Shown piece after piece: positions 18,022 through 27,400 of a stretch of 32,000 nucleotides of DNA. The stretch spans positions 1,890,001 to 1,922,000 of the forward strand of contig CP104013.1 of NCBI GenBank assembly GCA_025839675.1, read 5' to 3'. A model generated the notes under the pieces. It saw only the letters and a list, made by a program, of their open reading frames with translations. It had not been told where the DNA came from and did no database searches. How positions within the stretch are numbered: the first letter of the stretch is position 1; every line of letters starts with the position of its first letter. Position numbers and translations under genes: made by a program. This DNA comes from Candidatus Lokiarchaeum ossiferum (GTDB taxonomy: Archaea; Asgardarchaeota; Lokiarchaeia; Sigyniarchaeales; Promethearchaeaceae).

Positions 18022-18768
18022 TTATCTTGCAGAAATAGCCACACGTTCCATTTCGTCTTTACGCTTAATGGATCGGGAATTGGCATCATTACGTGCACCT
18101 AAAATTAACTCGTTAGCCAATAATTCATCAATAGTTTTGATGTTATTATAAGCTAATCCAACTGTACCTTGCACAATTAATTTAATAGCAAGATCTACGC
18201 GACGTTGTGGAGCAATATCAACAGCTTGTTGGTAACTAATTCCACCTAAAGAAATTCGAGTAGTTTCTTCACGAGGTGCGGCATTCTCAATTGCTGAAAC
18301 TAAAACTTGGATTGGATTTTCTCCCGTTTTATATTCAACTAATGCAAATGCGTTGTATACCATCTTGATAATTTTTTGTTTTTTACCCATATTATGGGAA
18401 GAACCACGACCTTTAATCCGTTTTCCAACGAGACCAGGGGTCATAATTTTGTTAATGAACCGTTCCACGACAGAAATATGTTCAGTTTTCCAAAATTTCT
18501 TGTGTTGGTGTTTTCCACCAGAATGAGGAATGATAACAGGATCTAAATTGATATAATTTTTTAAACTGAGATCTTTTACTTCGACTCCTTCAAAAGACCA
18601 TCGATTGAAGAGCAAAATCCCATGTGTAGCAAGTTTTTTTAATTTTTGTTCTTCGGTATCCTCTACAACTACCATATCAATTTTTTCTTCTTTGGATTCA
18701 ATATCTTCGTCGTTTTCTTCTTCTTCGACAATTTCTTCCTCAGGTTTTTCTTTTTTCTTTTTTGCCAT
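18022..18768 (-). CDS. rps7: ribosomal protein uS7 (S7p/S5e) with N-terminal acidic extension
   Basis: 248 aa. The core from LLFNRWSFEGVEVKDLSLKNYINL to KKDEMERVAISAR is colinear with archaeal and eukaryotic S7/S5. The ATG at 18768 is preceded by GGTG with an 8-nt spacer, directly after the S12 stop. Confidence 0.93.
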   Translation of the reverse strand: MAKKKKEKPEEEIVEEEENDEDIESKEEKIDMVVVEDTEEQKLKKLATHGILLFNRWSFEGVEVKDLSLKNYINLDPVIIPHSGGKHQHKKFWKTEHISVVERFINKIMTPGLVGKRIKGRGSSHNMGKKQKIIKMVYNAFALVEYKTGENPIQVLVSAIENAAPREETTRISLGGISYQQAVDIAPQRRVDLAIKLIVQGTVGLAYNNIKTIDELLANELILGARNDANSRSIKRKDEMERVAISAR

Positions 18769-18780
18769 ATTTCATTCACC

Positions 18781-19224
18781 TTATCGAACTGCCCGTTCTT
18801 TCTTTCCTTTGATTAAAGCATCTAAACTGACACCATTAACTTTAACCACTTTCCATCGGATTCCAGGAAGATCCCCGACAGCACCACCCATAGCACCACC
18901 AATTCCAACAACTTGGACGGCATCGTGCTCTTCAACAAAAGTTAAAGCGGCATCACCAGGAAGGAATGCACTGACTTGTTTTCCATTTTTACGTAATTGA
19001 ACTCGGACGCATTTTCGAATAGCACTGTTTGGCTGTTTGGATTCGACTCCAATTTTTTCTAATACGATTCCTTCTGCCATAGGAGCGGCTTGAAGGGGAT
19101 CGGTCTTTTCTTTAATACGAAGAACTCTGCGTTTATAATTAACATCGCTCCAGCGGAATTTTTTCCGTTTATTCGCGAGGGCACGAGCTGCGTATTCGCC
19201 TTTTGGACTTTTTGTTCTTGCCAT
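18781..19224 (-). CDS. rps12: ribosomal protein uS12 (S12p/S23e)
   Basis: 147 aa. [31 protein letters not shown]-type core and [15 protein letters not shown]. Confidence 0.95.
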   Translation of the reverse strand: MARTKSPKGEYAARALANKRKKFRWSDVNYKRRVLRIKEKTDPLQAAPMAEGIVLEKIGVESKQPNSAIRKCVRVQLRKNGKQVSAFLPGDAALTFVEEHDAVQVVGIGGAMGGAVGDLPGIRWKVVKVNGVSLDALIKGKKERAVR

Positions 19225-19257
19225 GTTTTAATCTCCAATTATTTAGTTTCCAAAAAA

Positions 19258-19623
19258 TTACTCAACAGCTTTTAAAATAGAAGAATCTCCTTCTTCTAAA
19301 ATTCCGATGGTTGAAACCCAAAAGGGTTTTCCACATGATGCCCCTAATTCCCAGGAGCTGTTCTTTGAAATGAAAACGGGAACAGGATTTTCTAAGCATC
19401 CATTAAGGAGGCTTATTTGATCTTTTACTTTTGTAGGTGTATTATTGGCGAGAACTAATAATTTTAATTCTCCCATCGATAATTCACGAATCACCGATTT
19501 TGCACCTAACAAAGTCTTCCCAGTCTTCACTGCAACATTAATCTCTTTGTTCTCATCGAACGAAGATTTTGCACTGGTTCGCTTTCTGCGCTTGAGTTTC
19601 TGCTGACCACGTTTGTAACTCAT
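19258..19623 (-). CDS. rpl30e: ribosomal protein eL30 (L30e)
   Basis: 121 aa. VKTGKTLLGAKSVIRELSMGELKLLVLANNTP...ELGASCGKPFWVSTIGILEEGDSSIL matches the L30e/L7Ae fold family. Its position after rpoA2 is canonical. It has a basic N-terminal extension of about 25 aa. Confidence 0.85.
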   Translation of the reverse strand: MSYKRGQQKLKRRKRTSAKSSFDENKEINVAVKTGKTLLGAKSVIRELSMGELKLLVLANNTPTKVKDQISLLNGCLENPVPVFISKNSSWELGASCGKPFWVSTIGILEEGDSSILKAVE

Positions 19624-19640
19624 TTTTCAAACAACTCAAT

Positions 19641-19652
19641 AAATTTTATATT
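19641..19652 (-). promoter_or_regulatory. TATA-like box for L30e (possible leaderless transcript)
   Basis: On the minus strand AATATAAAATTT is centred about 23 nt upstream of the L30e ATG. No SD-like sequence intervenes. The 184-nt gap after rpoA2 argues for a separate promoter. Confidence 0.35.
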
Positions 19653-19783
19653 CCAAATTCACAAGAATCTAGAACTACGATAGATAACATAGCATTGATA
19701 AAAAATTTTGTCAAAACGTTAGGAAAAAGTTAAATAAGGCCAAGTTCCGAGAGGTTCCACTTACCCATCATTCATTGGAAGGT

Positions 19784-19797
19784 AAAAAGTAAAAAAA
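19784..19797 (-). terminator. oligo-T termination signals after rpoA2
   Basis: On the transcribed strand a T7 run and a T5 run occur within 25 nt after the rpoA2 stop (19808). Confidence 0.35.
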
Positions 19798-19807
19798 TTG
19801 GAAAAGA

Positions 19808-21061
<1,254 letters not shown>

Positions 21062-21073
21062 TTACACCTTTAT

Positions 21074-24000
21074 CTATTCTAACTTAGTAAGCTCCCAATT
21101 TTTATATATTTTGGTTGTTCGACCCCGAACAATAGCTTTTTTACCCGTTTCAATATTATAAAGTTCATATTTCTCTTCAATGGTGAGACTGGAAAATGGT
21201 TTAGTTGTAAGATCTACCGCTTTAACTTCTTCAGCAGGTTTCTTTTCTTCCTTAACGGATTTTACTTCCTTTTTCTTTGGTTTTTCTACTGGATCGTCTT
21301 TCTTTTTTGATTTTTTCTTCGCAGTAGTTTTCTTCTTAGAGATCTTTTTCTTCGATTCTGCAGCAGCCTTGGGTGTAGAAGGGATTTCTTCCTTCGATTT
21401 TTTATCTGAAACTTCTTCCTTCTTTGAGGCAACTTCCTTTGATTTTATTCTCGGTGAATCTTTTAATACATAATCAACTGGAAATTCCGGATGCTGTTTG
21501 CCATCGAGAACTTCAGCAATGCCTTTTTCTTTGGCGAGTAAATCTTTGTATCGTCGAGTTTTAAGAATAACTTGATCAAAATTAATAATATCTCCAGAGT
21601 CAGAATTAGCCGGATCGATTCCATCATCCCCATACTTGAACTGAATAATGCTTTTTTCTGAGGTACGAACAGTTAAATCATTTTCAACAACCATATCTTG
21701 CAAAGCGTTGACAAGTCGACGTTGCATATACCCAGAAGAACTGGTTCGGACAGCAGTATCAACTAATCCTTCACGACCTCCCATTGCATGGAAAAAGAAT
21801 TCGGCTGGGCTGAGTCCCGTTCGGTAAGAGTTTAAAACAAACCCCCGGGCTTCAGGAGAGAGATCATTAACTTTGAAATGAGGCAATGTTCGATCTATAA
21901 AACCCCGATGAATTCGATCTTGTCGCACGGATTGTTGACCAACACAAGCAGCCATTTGGGCTAAGTTCAAAGGATTTCCACGAGCACCTGATTTGGTCAT
22001 AATAACCGAATGGGCTGTATCCCCTAAGAAATCAGATGCAATTGATCCAGCATCTCCACGTACCTTATTTAAAAGACTCATTAGGTTTAATTCTAAGGTT
22101 TCTTTTAAGGTTCGGCCGGGAGCACAAGGAAGAACTTCTTCATCTTCATCATAATAGGCTTTGATTAACCGATTTGCATCAGCATAAGATTGATAAATAG
22201 TTGCATGAATGTCTTTACGAGCGCTTCTAACATCAACTTCATCAATTCCCATTGTAAGCCCAGTTAAGGTAATTACCCAAACCATCATACTTACGAAATC
22301 ATCTAAAAATTGACGCCCTCGATTTTGACCATAATCTTTGATAATTCGATGGAGAATACTAGTGGCTTTCCCATCACCCATGATATTTTTATCTATTACA
22401 CCTGATACCATTTGACCATTTATGATTTGATCGTAACCATCGCTTCCCTCAACTAAACCTTCTTCTTTTCGATAAAACTTGGATTTCAAATCCATATTTA
22501 AATCATGAGGTAAAATACAGCTGAAAATTGATTTTCCGGAGTACTTCCAATCATTTTTTGGATCTTTAGGATTCACCGGTATCAAGTCTTTATCAATATC
22601 AAAACCGGGATTGCGCTTAAACACTTTTCCCCAATACAGTAAAGAAAAAGTATCTTTTCGATCGAAAACATTAGGAACTCCGGGAGATTTTTCATTACGA
22701 GTAAACATATACCCAACTGAAATGAAATCTTGGATTCCTCCAATAATTGGAGCACCCATACGAGGAGAGATCATATGTTCTTGAACTTTAAGTAAGTATT
22801 CCGCTTCAGTACGAGCTTCTTCACTTTGGGGGACGTGAAGATTCATTTCATCCCCATCAAAATCTGCGTTATAAGGAGGACAAACAACTAAGGCTAAGCG
22901 AAAGGTTTGACCTTGCATAACCTTCACCTCATGAGCCATGATGGACATCCGATGGAGAGAAGGTTGACGGTTAAAGAGAACTAAATCCCCATCCCGTAAA
23001 TGACGTTCAATCACAAAACCTGGTTTTATAGTGGAAGCTACAATTTCTCTAGCCTTAACAAAGCGTAAGTCAATACGTCGGCCATCTTCACGAATAATAT
23101 AGTTCGCACCAGGATGTTTTTTTGGACCATTCATTACCGTTTGTTTCATGTCCTCAATATTAAATTCGGTAACAAAAGTAGGAACCGTCAAAATTTTCGC
23201 AATTTTTTCGGGAACTCCCACTTGATTTAAAGAAATATGTGGATTTGGAGAGATGACGGTTCGAGCAGAAAAATCCACCCGTTTTCCGGATAAATTACTT
23301 CGAAATCGCCCTTCTTTTCCTTTTAGACGTTGAGTTAAGGTTCGTAAAGCTCGACCAGAACGATGGCGAGCCGGAGGAATTCCACTAACTTCGTTGTTAA
23401 AATAAGTAGTAATATGATATTGGAGCAACTCCCATAAATCTTCAACAATTAATTGTGGAGCGCCAGCATCAATGTTTTCACGTAACCGTTGGTTAATCCG
23501 AATAACATCGACCAATTTGTGGGTTAAATCATCTTCAGAACGAATTCCACTATCGAGTGTGATTGAAGGACGCACACAAACAGGAGGTATGGGAAGTACG
23601 GTCAAAATAACCCATTCTGGGCGAGCAGTCTCGGGATTAATCCCTAATAATTCACAATCCTTTTCCGCCATGTCACCAAGACGTTCCCGAATATCTACAG
23701 GAGTTAGACGTTCGCCATCTTCATAAAAAGTAGTGGGCTTTTCGATGGTGATCTTCTTTTTCGGGGCCCCACAATAAGGACATTCTTTCGATTTACGTGC
23801 TGTTTTAAAAATCTCAGCAAATAATGTGTCATCAGGCTTTTCAAAGACTTCTATATACCTTTCGTGTCGTTCTTTAAAAGAAAGAATTTGATCTTCCGTT
23901 AAAAGCACACGTTTACATTCGGTACAGACTCCCCGTAAAATTTTTAATAATAATTTGGCATGACCAACATGAACCACAGGTCGTGCTAATTCAATATGTC

Positions 24001-24232
24001 CAAAGTGGCCTGGACATGCCCCAACACGATTTCCACACGTAGAACATTTTTGTCCCGGTTCAATGGTTCCCAACTTTGGATCCATTAATCCCGATTTAAT
24101 CGGTAAACCATCTTCATCATATGTATCTGCAGTGATGATTCGACCAACGGACATTTTTCGGATTTCTTCTGGGGAAAGTAGACCAAAGCGGATTCTATCG
24201 ATTACTTTTAGAGTTTCGAGATTTATTGAGAT
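21074..24232 (-). CDS. rpoA1: DNA-directed RNA polymerase subunit A' (start upstream of the first ATG; lysine-rich C-terminal extension)
   Basis: Zn motif CSTCGN...CPGHFGH and catalytic NADFDGDEMN are present. The ORF track starts at the ATG at 24154. The same frame upstream encodes the conserved IDRIRFGLLSPEEIRK. I place the start provisionally at ATC 24232..24230 (see finding). Confidence 0.95.
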   Translation of the reverse strand: MSINLETLKVIDRIRFGLLSPEEIRKMSVGRIITADTYDEDGLPIKSGLMDPKLGTIEPGQKCSTCGNRVGACPGHFGHIELARPVVHVGHAKLLLKILRGVCTECKRVLLTEDQILSFKERHERYIEVFEKPDDTLFAEIFKTARKSKECPYCGAPKKKITIEKPTTFYEDGERLTPVDIRERLGDMAEKDCELLGINPETARPEWVILTVLPIPPVCVRPSITLDSGIRSEDDLTHKLVDVIRINQRLRENIDAGAPQLIVEDLWELLQYHITTYFNNEVSGIPPARHRSGRALRTLTQRLKGKEGRFRSNLSGKRVDFSARTVISPNPHISLNQVGVPEKIAKILTVPTFVTEFNIEDMKQTVMNGPKKHPGANYIIREDGRRIDLRFVKAREIVASTIKPGFVIERHLRDGDLVLFNRQPSLHRMSIMAHEVKVMQGQTFRLALVVCPPYNADFDGDEMNLHVPQSEEARTEAEYLLKVQEHMISPRMGAPIIGGIQDFISVGYMFTRNEKSPGVPNVFDRKDTFSLLYWGKVFKRNPGFDIDKDLIPVNPKDPKNDWKYSGKSIFSCILPHDLNMDLKSKFYRKEEGLVEGSDGYDQIINGQMVSGVIDKNIMGDGKATSILHRIIKDYGQNRGRQFLDDFVSMMVWVITLTGLTMGIDEVDVRSARKDIHATIYQSYADANRLIKAYYDEDEEVLPCAPGRTLKETLELNLMSLLNKVRGDAGSIASDFLGDTAHSVIMTKSGARGNPLNLAQMAACVGQQSVRQDRIHRGFIDRTLPHFKVNDLSPEARGFVLNSYRTGLSPAEFFFHAMGGREGLVDTAVRTSSSGYMQRRLVNALQDMVVENDLTVRTSEKSIIQFKYGDDGIDPANSDSGDIINFDQVILKTRRYKDLLAKEKGIAEVLDGKQHPEFPVDYVLKDSPRIKSKEVASKKEEVSDKKSKEEIPSTPKAAAESKKKISKKKTTAKKKSKKKDDPVEKPKKKEVKSVKEEKKPAEEVKAVDLTTKPFSSLTIEEKYELYNIETGKKAIVRGRTTKIYKNWELTKLE

Positions 24233-24239
24233 TTTTTAA

Positions 24240-24270
24240 CACCTTTGATACAGTTTATATAATTATATAA
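24240..24270 (-). promoter_or_regulatory. rpoA1 upstream signals: TATA-like box and Shine-Dalgarno-like AAAGGTG
   Basis: On the minus strand, TTATATAATTATATAAA lies at 24270..24254. AAAGGTG lies at 24246..24240, 7 nt upstream of ATC 24232..24230. Confidence 0.4.
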
Positions 24271-24374
24271 TGAGAATTAGTTGAGATAGAAACTCGTTCC
24301 TCGTTCATGAACAAAGGTATAAATACGGCATATGTAAAAAATTTTTTGATTAAAAAGGACTTTTCTGCCGTCTA

Positions 24375-24421
24375 GGGCTTTTTTTTCCCTTGAAAGATAG
24401 ATCAACCAAAAAAAATAGCCC
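24375..24421 (-). terminator. imperfect hairpin plus oligo-T runs downstream of the giant ORF
   Basis: GGGCTTTTTTTT (24375-24386) and AAAAAAAATAGCCC (24408-24421) form an inverted repeat with a 2-nt bulge, starting 11 nt after the stop codon. On the transcribed strand it is flanked by T-runs, the usual archaeal termination signal. Confidence 0.35.
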
Positions 24422-24431
24422 AAAAAAAAAA

Positions 24432-27400
24432 TTAATCCCGATAAAATATGGCATCTTTCAATAAATTAGCATTATCCAAACAAATTTCAGCCATGTTCGC
24501 ATCTTTGGATTCATTTCTATGACGATCACATTCTTGGGAGAAATAGGTAATGGAATCATGCAAATCCGGAATTTTTTGGATAAGAATATCAATTTTTGTC
24601 CGTAAATTCAAAGCATTATCGGCATCCCCAATTTTACAATAAATATCTAAGATTTTCTGATAAGTAATTAAAGCATTAATCCAATCTTCCACTTTTTCAA
24701 AAGAAATGGCTTCTTCCATTAAAATTTCTTTGGACTGAATAAATCCGGCCCGCACTCCATCCATGGCCGTTTTCATTTCTCCATCTAGTTCATTCATTTT
24801 TTTGAGTAGATTATCAATATCGGAGTGATATTTCTTGATATTGGAATTTTCAGCGCCGATCCCGAACTTAAACAGAATATTCGAAATGAGTAATAACTTT
24901 GTATTAAGTTCAGTTTGCATGAATAAATCCTTCGCTTTGGTGGCCGTTTTCAATTCTTTCAACAAAAATTTCCGATATTCTATTAATGTCTCCTTGGTAT
25001 AATATTCCTTATCACAAACGGAATCCTCACAATATTTTAATGCTTCTCCAGAGCGCTTAACCAAATCTTTAATATTATCCTCTACTTCAATATACCCCAT
25101 CTTAAATAAACTGTGGGCCGCTTCAAGAGCAAGTTTAAACGCATTAAAAGCACTTTGAAATTCCTTTGCTTTCATGAATTTTTGCCCTTCTTTGGTCTTT
25201 TGTTTTAAGGTGGTTTTATATTTTGTCACCGTGTTGGATAGGACTAAATTTCCATAGGTCTTTCCGAGATTTTCCATATTCCATTGATAGGCAATTACTT
25301 CAGCAATTTCATAATTCCGAATAGCTTCATCAAATTCATGAGACTTAAGGGCTTTTTTCGCTAATTTATTCAATTCTTTAATTTCCTTGCGTGCATCACC
25401 CTCAGTTTCAAAGATTTTAGATTTGATGACTTCCCCAGTTGTTTCAGAAGTAATTGTTAGGGTTTGCGATAAGGATTGGATCGCCACATCTCGCTCCGCT
25501 TCAGATAGTTGTGTAACATCTGTTAAAATTTGCTGTTTTTCGTCCTCTGATTTATTCGGGATCGCCCAAACGCGTTCTCGAAGAGTACGCAGTTCTTGAT
25601 CAGTCAACGCCTGTTCTTCGAGAACATCCAACTTGATTGGAGTGAGGATTTTTGCATCTAAAAGTTCAGTAATAGATAAAATAATCTCTCCGGGTTGTTT
25701 TTTGGTCTGATCAATCGCGACTGAGAGAAGTTGAGCTAAGAACATGAAATTGCGTTCTTCGGTGATCAATGTCTTGGATATTTCCAAAATTTGTTTTGTT
25801 AGCGCCCGAGAAATTCCTTTCAACAATTTTGAATCAGCATTATACTGATGGGGTAAAATAACCGATGTATTCAAGATATCATCAATTAAATCGCCTGCAT
25901 CTGCAAAAGTATTAAGTTGACCACGCCATTTTTCTAATTTTGTATGATAATCGGCTTCAAACCTTCCAACAAATTTCGCTAAATTGCGCTTCATATAAGG
26001 TGAAGCAGATTTTCCTAGCACTAAAGTGACCCGAATAAACACACCATCGGAGAACAGTAAAATCTTATCACCATAAGATAGCTCATTTAACGATTTTTGA
26101 GATTTAATTTCTTTTCCAAAGGATTGCACAGCGGAGAGAAAACCTGAAATTAGATCTGGATCGAGTTCTTCTTCGGCAAAGGACTTGAAGAACAATGAAA
26201 CCCCTGTCGCCTTATGAATGATCATAATATGATGTAAATTAATCGCATCATCAAAGATCGTGGAGGAAGACATCACTAAATCAGTATAATGCATTTTTCT
26301 AGGAGCAATCACTTTCTTTTGCACAACTATTGCCAATGAAACACTCCCTACAAGAATCAACAATGCTGGAAGGAACCACGAAGGTAATATAGTCGGACTA
26401 ACAATTTTCGCACTAAAGGCTGATGCTTGATCACTTACTCCGTATAATTCACCTCCATATTCTATAGTTAAAACCAAATTCTGATAATCCCCTTGTGGAG
26501 CAATAAAAGTAAATACAACATGTCCGGTAGCATTTGTTACCCCTACAAGTACCGAGATTTCAGTTTTATTGGTCAGTAACCTTACATCCCCATCAATTAT
26601 TGGGTAACTAGTTGAACCATTCGTATAGGATAACTTGAATATGATATCATAGGATTCTCCTTGCACTAAAGTATCGGGCATGTATATTTTTTCAATTAGC
26701 ACCGCATACTCTCCAATAACCGTGATATTAAACGAATATGAAACAGTTTGACAGCTGGAGAGAGATAATTGGATTGTTATTGGCCCAGTTCCAATAACAA
26801 GTTCAGAAGATGAGATGAACCACCCATAGTTCCCACTGTTGCTTGAATTGAGAGCAATTAGTTCTCCATTATAATAACATGTAGCTATTGCACCACTAAG
26901 AAAGTTATCCGTCACACCATCAATATAAGTTATATTAAACTGAATCCCAAAAGGCGAAAAAACAACATAGGAGTTCTCACTATTTATTGAAATTAATCCA
27001 GTTTCTTGTTCAGGCTGAGAAATTCCGTAGAAATCGGATTTAGTTGGCAGTATTGTTAATGTGATATTAAAGGATACTGATTGATTAACATAATTCTTTA
27101 ATCCGATAAGGATGGATATATTGTAGGTACCTACTTCAAAATTAGCTGCATTAATTGTCCAACTATAAACGCCATTCTCAATTAATGGTGAAAGATAATT
27201 TTCTCCATCAAAGGTTAAATTGGTCAACTCTGCATTGGATATTCTCAGATTATTAGTTGAATCGAGGTATTCATAGGCAATAACTAAATCATAAGGCATA
27301 TAGACCGTATATCCCATAGTTTCTCCATTATAATCCAATCCTTGAGAGTGATGAGAAGGTTGGGAGATACTAATAAAATCAAAAGTGGTTTCTAAATAGA

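Noticed and set aside
17847-18098. 83-aa minus-strand ORF overlapping the 3' end of rps7
   Set aside because: It overlaps the S7 coding end and the convergent terminator region. Composition is hydrophobic and AT-driven, and there are no upstream signals.
18605-19000. 131-aa + strand ORF (Ser/Phe/Thr-rich)
   Set aside because: It is antisense to the clearly identified S7 and S12 genes. Its low-complexity composition is the mirror image of their charged codons. No family motif.
19741-19775. Relatively GC-rich patch (GGCCAAGTTCCGAGAGGTTCCACTTACCC) in the rpoA2-L30e spacer, considered as a structured RNA or K-turn element
   Set aside because: Pairing by hand gives only 2-4 bp stems. GTTCC occurs as a direct repeat, not an inverted one. 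The evidence for a structure is insufficient.
21180-21473. 97-aa + strand ORF rich in F/S
   Set aside because: It is the antisense translation of the lysine-rich (AAG/AAA) tail of rpoA1, so it is an artefact of low-complexity sequence.
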